Origin: Balanoglossus misakiensis | Taxonomy: Eukaryota > Animalia > Hemichordata | DNA: 64,000 bases | Assembly (NCBI GenBank): GCA_040954595.2 | Contig: JBECUI020000044.1 | Location: forward strand, 24,070-88,069 | Direction of reading: 5' to 3' | In this document: positions 9,953 through 20,040 of the stretch, in pieces | How positions within the stretch are numbered: position 1 is the first letter of the stretch | Layout of the letters: the number at the start of each line of letters is the position of its first letter | The notes under the pieces: generated by a model | What the model was told of the DNA's origin: nothing | The model's database searches: none | The model's input: the letters and a program-made list of their open reading frames with translations, nothing else | Made by a program: the position numbers and the translations under genes

Positions 9953-10057
9953 GAATCACTCCCTTAAAGACGCTAAAACAGCTAGAAGGTGTCGTATCAG
10001 CATTGCTTTGCGCTTAGCGCATGATGTGTTCTGAAGCTTGACCTAAGGAGGCGCAAG

Positions 10058-11149
10058 TTGGTTTGGGCGACACAAGATTATCAATTTATGAGTAAGGCCC
10101 TGCAGCTGGCAAGAAGAGGGCGCTATACATGTAAACCCAACCCCTTAGTAGGCTGCGTTATTACAAAAAACAATCGCATCTTAGGGGAAGGATGGCATCT
10201 GCGCAGGGGTGAAGCGCATGCGGAAATAAACGCACTTAATATGTGTGATGATCCTTCCGGTTCTACGGTTTATGTTACTTTAGAGCCTTGCTGCCATCAC
10301 GGTTACACACCGCCTTGCACCGACGCACTCATTGCCGCAAAGGTTAAAATGGTGATTGTTGCCATGTTAGATCCCAACCCCCGTGTCTGCGGTGTAGGCG
10401 TAAAACGACTTGCGCAAGAAGGGATAATTGTAAAACAAGGCTTGCTTGAGAAAGAGGCATATGCGCTCAATTTGGGCTTTAATAAACGTATGTTATCTGG
10501 GTTGCCCTATGTTCGTTGCAAAATGGCAATGAGCTTGGATGGACGCACCGCCTTATCAAACGGTGACAGTCGCTGGATTAGCTCAAAGGCAGCACGCCTT
10601 GATGTGCACAGGTTGCGCGCTAAAAGCAGCGCAGTATTAAGCAGTGCCGATACTATTATTAAAGACGACCCTTTGCTAAATGTGAGATCATTAGACGCTG
10701 AGTTTACGCCTGCTGTGCGAGTGATTATTGATAGACAGCTTAAAATACGGAAAGCAAAATTGTTTGATGTGCCTGATAAGGTAGTTGTCTATACGGAAGT
10801 AGGGGATAGTAAGCGTATTCGTGCCCTAGAAAACCTAGGCGCAGAATTAGTCCGCTTGCCGCAAGAACAACACTGGGACATGAAAAATATCTTTCTTCAT
10901 ATGGCAAGTCAATATGAGATCAACGAGGTGGTGGTGGAAGCAGGGGCAACATTTGTCGGCGCACTCTTTAATCTTTCTCTAATCGATGAGCTCATTATCT
11001 ATATGGCACCTAAAGTACTTGGCGACGCGGCAAACCCATTGTTAAAATTAAATACATTGACAAGGCTTTGTGATGCAAGGCAGTTAACATTTGCAGATGT
11101 TAGACACGTTGGGGAAGACCTCCGTTTAACGCTAATCACCAAAAATTAA
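10058..11149 (+). CDS. ribD: Riboflavin biosynthesis deaminase/reductase
   Basis: Motifs PNPLVGC, HAE, TLEPCCH..TPPC and SLDGRTA. Confidence 0.95.
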   Translation: MVWATQDYQFMSKALQLARRGRYTCKPNPLVGCVITKNNRILGEGWHLRRGEAHAEINALNMCDDPSGSTVYVTLEPCCHHGYTPPCTDALIAAKVKMVIVAMLDPNPRVCGVGVKRLAQEGIIVKQGLLEKEAYALNLGFNKRMLSGLPYVRCKMAMSLDGRTALSNGDSRWISSKAARLDVHRLRAKSSAVLSSADTIIKDDPLLNVRSLDAEFTPAVRVIIDRQLKIRKAKLFDVPDKVVVYTEVGDSKRIRALENLGAELVRLPQEQHWDMKNIFLHMASQYEINEVVVEAGATFVGALFNLSLIDELIIYMAPKVLGDAANPLLKLNTLTRLCDARQLTFADVRHVGEDLRLTLITKN

Positions 11150-11152
11150 ACG

Positions 11153-11746
11153 ATGTTCACGGGGATTATTCAAGCAGTCGGTAAGATAGATAGTATCAAT
11201 GTTGTCAATGAAGACAGACGTCTTATGTTTGATGTAGGCAAGATGGAACTGTCTGATGTAATATGTGGTGACAGTATCTCTGTAAACGGTGTTTGTCTGT
11301 CTGTCCTATCTACGGAAGCAAACCGATTTAGCGCCGACTTGTCGCAAGAGACGATTAGGACGACAACGTTTTCTCACCTTAGTCTTGGGTCGCAGGTCAA
11401 TTTGGAAAAGGCAATGATGCTATCTGATCGGATAAACGGACATATAATAAGCGGACATGTAGATGGTATCGGTGAGGTGGTAGACAAGTCTGACGCAGGG
11501 CGGTCTGTATGTTGTAGAATAAAGGTCCCTGCCGAATTAAAGAAATATATTACTCAAAAAGGATCGGTTTGTATTGATGGTGTTAGCTTGACTGTCAATA
11601 CAATAGATAACGATATCGCGGCACTTAATATTATCCCGCACACTTTGTCGGAGACGATAATGTCAGGTTACCAAGTCGGCACTATGGTGAATATAGAAGT
11701 TGATCTAATTGCGCGCTATTTGGAAGGTTTATTGACTAATAGATAA
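11153..11746 (+). CDS. ribE: Riboflavin synthase (alpha chain)
   Basis: Motifs MFTGII, GHIISGHVDG, KGSVCIDGVSLTVN and VNIEVD. Confidence 0.95.
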   Translation: MFTGIIQAVGKIDSINVVNEDRRLMFDVGKMELSDVICGDSISVNGVCLSVLSTEANRFSADLSQETIRTTTFSHLSLGSQVNLEKAMMLSDRINGHIISGHVDGIGEVVDKSDAGRSVCCRIKVPAELKKYITQKGSVCIDGVSLTVNTIDNDIAALNIIPHTLSETIMSGYQVGTMVNIEVDLIARYLEGLLTNR

Positions 11747-11757
11747 AAAACCAGCAT

Positions 11758-12855
11758 ATGCCACTTAATACGGCTATAGAACTCATTGAAGAGATTCGTA
11801 ATGGACGCATGATCGTCCTTATGGATGATGAAGATCGAGAAAATGAAGGCGACTTGGTTGTTGCTGCCGCCTCCGTGCGCTCTGAGGATATTAATTTTAT
11901 GGCACGTTTCGGCAGGGGTTTGATCTGCTTAACGTTGACAGAGGAACATTGCCGAAAATTAAATCTGCCACTAATGACCAGCCATTCAAACGCTAATTTT
12001 TCAACGAATTTTACAATCTCTATTGAAGCGGCAGAAGGCGTAACAACTGGCATATCGGCAGCCGACCGCGCTTTAACCATTCGAAGGGCTGTGGCGGAGA
12101 ATGTTAAGCCAACCGATTTAGTGCAGCCCGGCCATGTATTTCCGCTTATGGCACAGGTAGGCGGTGTCTTGTCAAGAGCAGGCCATACGGAGGCAGGGTG
12201 TGATCTGGCGCGACTTGCTAAACTGCATCCTTCAGCCGTTATCGTTGAGATATTAAATGATGACGGCTCAATGGCAAGACGACCTGAGCTGGAAAAGTTT
12301 GCGAAAACACATCATCTCAAGATAGGCACAATCGCTGACCTTATTCGCTATCGCATTGAAAATGAAAAAACCATTGAACATATGACAGAGTGTGTATTGC
12401 CGACAAGCTATGGCGATTTTGTTTTGCATGCCTATCAGGACAAATTAGAAAAGAATCTGCACTTTGCACTGGTTAAGGGAAGTATTGACCCTAGCGTGCC
12501 GACCTTAGTACGTGTACATCTGGAAAACCCTATCTCCGATTTAACAGGTAGCCTTGCAAGCGACCGAGGCTGGCCGGTTGATAATGTATTAAAGCGGCTT
12601 TCTAGTGAGGGGGGCGTACTGGTCATTCTTTGTAATCAATATCAATCAACGGAATTAATCAATCAGATTGAATCATATAAAACTAATAAACAAGGACCCT
12701 ACCATAGCAAAAATAGCCCGGACTTGCGCACGATCGGCCTTGGCGCACAAATTATTTCCGATATTGGGGGTTAGAAAATGCGTGTGCTTAGCGCGCCAAA
12801 ACGTATTTATGCCTTATCAGGTTTTGGCTTAGAAGTCGTTGAGTATGTCAATTAA
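11758..12855 (+). CDS. ribB: DHBP synthase fused to a degenerate GTP cyclohydrolase II-like domain (RibBX type); frameshift in the G-run near 12770
   Basis: Motifs DDEDRENEGD and RAGHTEA; the C-terminus RKMRVLSAPKRIYALSGFGLEVVEYVN continues in another frame. Confidence 0.9.
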
Positions 12856-12886
12856 ATAAAAAAGAAGTCGGAAAGATACCATCATT

Positions 12887-13362
12887 ATGCTTAAGGCGCG
12901 TTTCCATACAAAGAAAAGACCTGATATGCAGTCTGTTGATATTGCAATCGTTGCCAGCTGTTTTAATCCTCCATTGTTGAACGTCTTTATGACGCCGCTA
13001 TGTGCGAGCTTACGGAAAACGGTATCGATAAAAAAGACATTACCTTGGTGAATGTGCCCGGGCTGTTTGAGATACCTTTAGCGGTTAAAACACTCTTGGA
13101 TAAAGGCAAGTATGAAGCGGTTATTACCTTAGGCGCAATTATCAAGGGAGAGACCTTGCACTTTGAACTGCTTGCAAGTGAGTGCACCCGCGCCCTTAGC
13201 CAACTGGCAATAGACAGTGGCACCCCTGTCATTTTTGGTGTACTGGCCGTGGATACTGTTGAGCAGGCAATGGCACGTTCGGATAATACGGACAACAACA
13301 GAGGTAGAGAGTCTGCAAGAGTAGCGCTGGAAATGATTTATGCGCTGGGCGAAATAAGATGA
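12887..13362 (+). CDS. ribH: Lumazine synthase; apparent frameshift near 12970
   Basis: IAIVASCFN in an upstream frame, then VPGLFEIPL, LGAIIKGETLHF and PVIFGVL. Confidence 0.88.
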
Positions 13363-13372
13363 TACATCTTTA

Positions 13373-13810
13373 ATGAGCACAGACAAACGCGCACGAATCC
13401 TAGCAAGGCGTAATGCAGTTCAAGCATTGTACGCATGGCTTATGACGAACAAGAATGCCGAAGAGCTTGTTGTAGAGTTTGAAGACGACAGAAAAGAGGC
13501 AGTCAATACGGATCTTGAACATTTTAGGTTGTTGCTTAGAGGGGTTATAGAAAAGAATGAGCAACTTGATGGATATATTACTGAGGCATTGGACCGTGAC
13601 ATCAAAGAAGTTGACCCCATCGAGCGGGCTATTTTATATATCGGTTGTTATGAATTGAATTATTGTACTGATATACCTTGGCGGGTTGCTATCAATGAAT
13701 CGATAGAACTTGCGAAACTATTCGGAGCAGCAGATTCTTACAAATATGTGAATGGGGTGCTTGATGCAATTGCCAGAGCATTGCGTTGTAACGACACTAA
13801 TACTCCTTGA
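13373..13810 (+). CDS. nusB: Transcription antitermination factor NusB
   Basis: Motifs RILARRNAVQALY, INESIELAKLFG and KYVNGVLD. Confidence 0.95.
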   Translation: MSTDKRARILARRNAVQALYAWLMTNKNAEELVVEFEDDRKEAVNTDLEHFRLLLRGVIEKNEQLDGYITEALDRDIKEVDPIERAILYIGCYELNYCTDIPWRVAINESIELAKLFGAADSYKYVNGVLDAIARALRCNDTNTP

Positions 13811-13818
13811 TAAAAGGA

Positions 13819-14780
13819 ATGTCTCTAAACGAGTTTGAGATAAATAGAGCGCTTTTTTAAGCGACCAAATCTTGCTTTAGATAATCACCTTGTTTTAGGT
13901 GTAGGCGACGATGCGGCAATTATAGATATACCTGCGGGAGACGAACTCACTGTCTCAATGGATACCCTTGTTGCCGGCACTCATTTTTTTCATGATGCCT
14001 CCCCTGAGGCTATTGCTGATAAGGCGATTTCGGTCAATTTGAGCGATATGGCCGCGATGGGCGCATTGCCACGTTGGCTTAGTCTATCTTTAACATTACC
14101 AAGCGGGGAGCTTGATTGGATAGAAAGATTCTCAACCCGCTTTCATCAATTGACAAAAACACATTCCCTGACAATAATCGGAGGCGATTTGGTCAAGGGG
14201 AGCCTATCTATTACGGTGCATATTTACGGGCTTGCGCCAAGAGGAAAGGCGCTTCGTCGTAGCGGGGCAAATGCAGGTGACTTTATATATGTGACCGGGC
14301 AGCTGGGTGCGGCCGCGTATGTATGGAGATATCTTGCAGGCGATCGTGCGCTGCCATCACCTACAGAGCAAGAATTACAAAGGCTGTATTGCTATGAATC
14401 AAGAATAGAAACAGGGATTAAATTGCAAGGCATTGCGACAAGCTGTATTGATATATCCGATGGTTTATTGGCAGATCTAAGCCATGTTCTTGCGGCAAGC
14501 CATGTGGGAGCGGAAATAAAATTGGCAAATATCCCCTATGCGGATAGTTTGCAAAAGCTAGATAGAATGCTTGCGATTGAACTGGCTTTAACAGGGGGGA
14601 TGATTATGAGCTATGTTTTACATTGCCGAGAAATATAGCAGATGCCACGATGAGACAACTTCGCTTCGGGACGCCTATTTGTTGTATAGGGTCCATTAAT
14701 GCAGATAACTCAAACTTGATGTCATTGATACGAATGGCAAGTTTTACGATATTGGGACAACGGGCTACCGCCACTTCTGA
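13819..14780 (+). CDS. thiL: Thiamine-monophosphate kinase (several frameshifts)
   Basis: Motifs NEFEI, GVGDDAA, VNLSDMAAMG, IDISDGL, GGDDYELCFT and terminal GYRHF, spread across frames. Confidence 0.9.
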
Positions 14781-14794
14781 GAACCTTCGTTACA

Positions 14795-15868
14795 TCATGA
14801 CAGACCAAGCCCCAAAGGGTCACTTGGGTCAACACCTTTACCAAAGGGGACATGTCGGTCTTTGTCGGTTAATTGATAAACCTTGCCAATCCAGTTGCTG
14901 ATAATCGCCTCAGCGGTATCATGCCAAGTGTTGTCAAGGTCAGGGAGAATGAGATCTTCGGGAAATACAGGCAGTGTTTTGCCTTGTTGCAAGGCAAGGG
15001 TTAGGGTGTCTTGATACTCCTGCAAGATAGCTTGACTCTTTAGAGAGAAGTAATTCTTGGGGAATGATGGATATTCTTTTATTTCAGAGCGAATATAACG
15101 CCCGATTTCGCGTTTGTATTCTTTCATCAGACTAATCATGTCGTACTCCGGATGTCCTTGGAAAAACACTAAGCGAAAACCGTCCTCGCTGACGGCAAGA
15201 TGCACTTCATTGTCTTCACTCTCAACAAGAATATCGAGACCGGCTTCTTTGAATTGGTTTGGAAAGATTTCGTTATAACGAGAATGAGGCACATCAAAAC
15301 GCGTGTTCACATCTGCTACTAAAGGATGTTTTCTGTTTATAACACGATGCGGAAAAATACCCCATCGCTTTACCGGAAGAGGACCTCGTTTTTGTTTATA
15401 TCTAAATTGTAGAACAGCATGCGTCGTCAAGCATGAACATAAGGTAGAGGTTACGTTTTCATATGCCCATTTAGTCACCTCAATTAAGGCATCCCAGAAA
15501 GGTTGCTCGGCAAGCTCGCTACCTTTCATATTGGCGCCGGTAATAATAAGGGCATCAAGCCCCGCTTCATTTATTTGCTCAAAACTCTGATAGTATTTTT
15601 CCACATGAGCTTTCCCCGCACTCCCTCTTTCTAATTCCTTTAAGGTAAACGGATGTACATAAAATTGTGCGATTAAATTACTTTCCCCGATAAGACGAAA
15701 AAATTGACGCTCAGTTGCCTCTAATGCTTTATCCGGCATCATGTTTAGAAGCCCTATATGTAATTCGCGAATATCTTGACGCAGGGCCTTCTCAAGAGGA
15801 ATAATGATCTCGCCGCTTTGTTTTAATCTGACGAAACTCGGCAGGTCGTTGTTGGCTACAAGAGGCAT
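14795..15868 (-). CDS. metA: Homoserine O-succinyl/acetyltransferase (MetA family)
   Basis: Motifs QDIRELHIGLLNMMP, ATERQF, LIITGA, PHSR and GHPEYD. Confidence 0.92.
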   Translation of the reverse strand: MPLVANNDLPSFVRLKQSGEIIIPLEKALRQDIRELHIGLLNMMPDKALEATERQFFRLIGESNLIAQFYVHPFTLKELERGSAGKAHVEKYYQSFEQINEAGLDALIITGANMKGSELAEQPFWDALIEVTKWAYENVTSTLCSCLTTHAVLQFRYKQKRGPLPVKRWGIFPHRVINRKHPLVADVNTRFDVPHSRYNEIFPNQFKEAGLDILVESEDNEVHLAVSEDGFRLVFFQGHPEYDMISLMKEYKREIGRYIRSEIKEYPSFPKNYFSLKSQAILQEYQDTLTLALQQGKTLPVFPEDLILPDLDNTWHDTAEAIISNWIGKVYQLTDKDRHVPFGKGVDPSDPLGLGLS

Positions 15869-15889
15869 ATTTTTTAATCTTTTTTGTCG

Positions 15890-16735
15890 TTAACAGGCTT
15901 GCTTGAGCGCCTTCTCAACTAAGACAAGGAAATCATTCTCACACTCTATATCGACGATGTCATCCGTGCTTATCGTGTAACCGTATTGATCGGAAATTTT
16001 CTGATAACGAGGAATACGGTCATAAAAAAGACGGGGGAAAATCCAGTTAGAAAAATCGTCTGGCTCTATCAACACCGTATAGTCAAGCCCGTGTTCCGCA
16101 AGATAAATATCTAAGTGCTTATTAAAAAACGCCTTTTGATAATACAAGGGTTTTGGACTCTCTTTGGCACGCCGTATTAATTCGGCCTCATCACGCTTGG
16201 TCGCTTTGATGTAGATTATCAGAGTATGCCTAGCCAATGTATTTAGGGTTGCCTCACTGTTTAACTCACATACACTGCCACCGGCATCATTTATAAAACG
16301 GTTGTAACCGTAGACGTCATGTGATCGTGCTATAAATTCCGGCACATCTTGCATGGCAGCAATCTCTGCGTTGCGATACAAATCTTGCTTGTGCTTGAAC
16401 TCTTTTACGCTAAGCCCGCCTTTCTCAGGGTTGCCGAGCCGCCCTAGAAAACTGGAAACGGTTTTTAGATTATCAATAGAAATATTGTTGTTAATGCTAA
16501 TTGAGTCGGATAACAGTAACTCCCTTAATAAAGGCAGCTGCATCGCCTGCTTTTTTATATCATCCAATATTGTTTCGTTTAAGTAGCGAGTGCCAATACG
16601 ATAATCACCGGAATAATGGAACCAGCCTGCCTTACGTAGAATACAAGCAAGACGCGTTTTACCAACGCCCGACATGCCAAGCAAGGTAATCGCCTTTTGC
16701 TCCCAATTTTTAAATTGCTGCGCACTCAATCTCAC
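15890..16735 (-). CDS. Uncharacterised P-loop ATPase/kinase
   Basis: Walker A GMSGVGKT, plus HYSGDYRIGTRYL and DAGGSVCE. Confidence 0.8.
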   Translation of the reverse strand: MRLSAQQFKNWEQKAITLLGMSGVGKTRLACILRKAGWFHYSGDYRIGTRYLNETILDDIKKQAMQLPLLRELLLSDSISINNNISIDNLKTVSSFLGRLGNPEKGGLSVKEFKHKQDLYRNAEIAAMQDVPEFIARSHDVYGYNRFINDAGGSVCELNSEATLNTLARHTLIIYIKATKRDEAELIRRAKESPKPLYYQKAFFNKHLDIYLAEHGLDYTVLIEPDDFSNWIFPRLFYDRIPRYQKISDQYGYTISTDDIVDIECENDFLVLVEKALKQAC

Positions 16736-16842
16736 ATATAATTCCTCGCAAATGTTTTGCTGGCTTTAATGACAAACGACGCTCTATCAGTAGAACCGCT
16801 CATTATACGAATTATAAACCATTTTAAAAGCATGCTTTGGTA

Positions 16843-16876
16843 CTGTTAAAGCTGTTAAACTATTAACGCTGTTAAA
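16843..16876. repeat. Four imperfect CTGTTAAA direct repeats in a divergent promoter region
   Basis: ctgttaaag ctgttaaa ctattaacg ctgttaaa. Confidence 0.7.
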
Positions 16877-16906
16877 TATAGACACCCACATTACGTTTAT
16901 AATTAA

Positions 16907-18205
16907 ATGGAAGCGATACCCAGCAGAATTGGTAAGTATCACATTGAAAAAGAGATTGGGCGCGGCAATATGGGAACGGTTTACGCGGCACGCGATCCTT
17001 TCTCTGATAGGACAGTCGCGATTAAACTTGCGCATTCCAAATATACGCATGATAAGGAAACAGGCGATTTTTTCAAAAGACTTTTCTTTAATGAGGTGCA
17101 AGCAGCAGGAGGATTACACCATCCTCATATATTGAGGATATATGATGCCGATATAGATGAAGAGGATTGCTATATCGTCATGGAATATATCCATAAGGCA
17201 AAGACCCTAGATCATTTTTGTAGCGTTGATTCACTGCTTTCTATTCGAGATGTAGTCAAGATTATATACAAAGTGGCCAAGGCCATTGATTATGCTCACA
17301 GGCAAGGCGTTATACATCGGGATATTAAGCCTAGCAATATTCTACAGACGGAATCTATGGATATTAAAATCGCCGATTTTAGTATAGCAATGATTGTCCG
17401 TGAGGATTTTATGCAAACCCAATTTGGAGGTTTTTTGGGGTCTCCTATCTATATGTCGCCCGAACAAATCAATGAGAAGAATATATCAGTCAATACGGAT
17501 ATCTTTTCTCTTGGCACTGTTATGTACGAAATGTTGACGGGTTATCATCCCTTCAAGGCAGACAGTCTAAGCGCAATTATCAAGAAAATAAATTCAGAAG
17601 ACCCTCCCCCATTAAACGCATTTCGCAAGGAAATACCAAATCGTTTAGAATCTATCTTATTACGCATGATGCATAAGGATCCCAAAGAGCGCTACAGCTC
17701 AAGTTTGGACCTTGCTTCCGATTTAGCATTGATATTTGAGGACAAGGACATTGACGAAATTGACGACAAAGATGTGCTGCGCGATAAATTTAAGGCCGTA
17801 CAAAGCTTAGGCTTTTTTCAACATTTCGTCGATAAAGATATATGGGATCTAGTCCGTGCATGTAATTGGCGCAAATACCAAAAAGATACTCTTATAATAA
17901 AAGAAGGTGAGGAGGGTCATTCCTTTTATATCATATTGTCGGGCATTGTCGTTGTCTTGAAAAATGGGCAACAAGTCGACTTTCTGCGGGAAGGAGATTG
18001 TTTTGGGGAAATGGGCTATCTATCAAAAACAACACGTTTTGCATCGATTGCCGCTAAGACGGATGTTCTGTTAATAGAGGTTAATTCATTGACATTAGAG
18101 TATGCTACCGAAGCTACTCAACTGCGATTCTTGAAGGCGTTCACAGAAGTTATGGTAGATCGGCTTAAAGGAACAACTTCTAACTTAGTCCAATATAGGA
18201 TATAG
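16907..18205 (+). CDS. Hanks-type Ser/Thr protein kinase with a C-terminal cyclic-nucleotide-binding domain
   Basis: Kinase motifs GRGNMG, VAIK, HRDIKPSN, ADFS and YMSPEQ; cNMP-domain motifs IIKEGEEG, YIILSG.V and GDCFGEM...R.AS. Confidence 0.92.
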   Translation: MEAIPSRIGKYHIEKEIGRGNMGTVYAARDPFSDRTVAIKLAHSKYTHDKETGDFFKRLFFNEVQAAGGLHHPHILRIYDADIDEEDCYIVMEYIHKAKTLDHFCSVDSLLSIRDVVKIIYKVAKAIDYAHRQGVIHRDIKPSNILQTESMDIKIADFSIAMIVREDFMQTQFGGFLGSPIYMSPEQINEKNISVNTDIFSLGTVMYEMLTGYHPFKADSLSAIIKKINSEDPPPLNAFRKEIPNRLESILLRMMHKDPKERYSSSLDLASDLALIFEDKDIDEIDDKDVLRDKFKAVQSLGFFQHFVDKDIWDLVRACNWRKYQKDTLIIKEGEEGHSFYIILSGIVVVLKNGQQVDFLREGDCFGEMGYLSKTTRFASIAAKTDVLLIEVNSLTLEYATEATQLRFLKAFTEVMVDRLKGTTSNLVQYRI

Positions 18206-18225
18206 CGAGTGAATATAATGATAGT

Positions 18226-18299
18226 TGGAGCGGGTGATGGGAATCGAACCCACGTTCTCAGCTTGGGAAGCTGATGTTCTACCATTGAACTACACCCGC
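18226..18299 (-). tRNA. tRNA-Gly (CCC)
   Basis: Reverse complement reads GCGGGTGTAGTTCAATGGTAGAAC...TTCCCAA...GTTCGATT...CACCCGCTCCA. Confidence 0.95.
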
Positions 18300-18419
18300 A
18301 GGCGGTTAACATTATTCTTTACTATGTTATGGCTCGGGACGTTATTATGAGGGAACCTAGCCTAGCTACTCTAATGTTTGTCGTTGTCAGTATAATGGGA
18401 ATTTTAGTATAATCATAAT

Positions 18420-18812
18420 ATGGTCATAGCAGAAATGGGCGAGTCGAAGCGGAGCGTTGGCTTAATTGATGATAGTGAAGCAACTCAGGCATTGTTTAAA
18501 CGTGCTTTTGAAGAGCTAGAGGCTGAGTTGCTCATCTATAGGACAGCGGGTGAAGCGGTAGAATACCTCACAAACAATGAAATTGACTCATTATTCCTTG
18601 ATATCAATATCCCTGGCGGGAATGGCTTGATTTTTTTAGAAGAGATACGAAAATTACCCATTCATAGGGATACCCCTATAATAATGGTTACTTCAAGGGA
18701 TTATACGCAAGATAGAGTCATGGCAGCTAAGTTAAAGGTATCCGAATTTGTTATAAAACCCATGACGACACAGCAGATAAAGGAAACCGTTGCTAGGCAT
18801 ATTGGAAATTAA
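18420..18812 (+). CDS. Single-domain response regulator (CheY-like receiver)
   Basis: Motifs IDD, FLDINIPGGNG, IIMVTS and VIKP. Confidence 0.9.
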   Translation: MVIAEMGESKRSVGLIDDSEATQALFKRAFEELEAELLIYRTAGEAVEYLTNNEIDSLFLDINIPGGNGLIFLEEIRKLPIHRDTPIIMVTSRDYTQDRVMAAKLKVSEFVIKPMTTQQIKETVARHIGN

Positions 18813-18845
18813 ATTTCTCACTCAAATTAATAGCTGGTAAATACT

Positions 18846-19756
18846 ATGTCCGGATCCTATCTCCGATTTTGGGGTGTGCGCGGGTCACACGCCTCCCCCT
18901 TTCCAACTCATGTTAAGGTTGGAGGTAATACTTCTTGTGTAGAGATAAGTGCTGATAACTATAAACTTATCTGTGATGCAGGCACAGGCATCATTGCACT
19001 TGGCGATCAGATGTTAAGAGAACATAAAAGCAAGGAGGTATTAATCATGATAACGCATTACCACTGGGACCATATTTGCGGATTGCCTTTTTTTGCGCCT
19101 TTGTTTTCTCCTGATTGGAACATCGGTTTTTTTGCCCCGGGGGATCCAAAGAAGAGGTGGAGCAAAATCTTGCTATGCAAATGCAACCCCCTTACTTTCC
19201 AGTAGGGACAGAATCTTGGATGGCCAAAGTGGATTATTTTGACCCAAAAATGTTTCAAATTGATCATGGTCCGATTTCTATTTCATACCATAATGTTCAT
19301 CATCCCGGGGTTACGTATGGCTATACTATAAAGGTGGCAAATAAAACTATTGTTTATGTTTCTGATAATGAGTGCCAGTTTCTGTATAAAACAACTATGG
19401 ATAAAAATAAGGCTGATGGAGAAGAAGAGCAAAAACTGCATGAGGTAATGGGGCGCGAAGAATATGAGCGCGAGCTACGGGCAATAAAAGATGCGGATAT
19501 TCTGATTCATGATGCTCAATACACCCCAGAGGTTTATGCAGTGAAACGAGGTTGGGGGCATTCATGCTATATTGATGTTGTCAACAGCGCGATTGATTCT
19601 AATGTTAAGGAACTATATCTATATCACCATGACCCTTCTAATGATGATGATGCTATCGGCAGTATTCATGCAGCATGTCAAGCTATTATTCAAAAGAGAA
19701 ATGCCCCCCTTATTTGTCATATTGCAAAAGAAGGCACAGAGATTAAACTCGATTAA
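18846..19756 (+). CDS. MBL-fold metallo-hydrolase (PhnP/RNase Z-like); frameshift in homopolymer runs near 19130-19143
   Basis: Motifs WGVRGS, GGNTSC, DAGTG and THYHWDH in the first frame; HHPG, SDNE, HDAQY, GWGHS and HHDP in the second. Confidence 0.88.
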
Positions 19757-19795
19757 TCATTTTTTAATATTGTTATTTGCGGTTCGTAGCATGCC

Positions 19796-19992
19796 ATGGA
19801 AATTTTGTTAATGGTGCCCCTTACTTAGCAGGCAATGCTAATACAATCGCAGATTTAGTTGTGCGTCTTAAACTGGAAGGCAAGTATGCTATTCAAATAA
19901 ATCAAAACATTATTCCTCGTGGCGAATATCACGGCACTACATTGTGCGCAGGAGATACGGTAGATATTGTGCAGGCTGTGGGAGGCGGGTAA
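19796..19992 (+). CDS. thiS: Sulfur carrier protein ThiS (probable indel just after the start)
   Basis: VNG...IIPR...GDTVDIVQAVGGG C-terminus; lies upstream of thiG. Confidence 0.88.
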
Positions 19993-20040
19993 ATAGAGGT
20001 CTATATGCGAATTTATGTTACCTAAACCATAAATAGATAT

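Noticed and set aside
16740-16802. SAH or SAM riboswitch upstream of the ATPase-metA pair
   Set aside because: AACGACGCTC resembles the SAH 3' element but is on the wrong strand, and the 5' GAGGAGCG core is absent.
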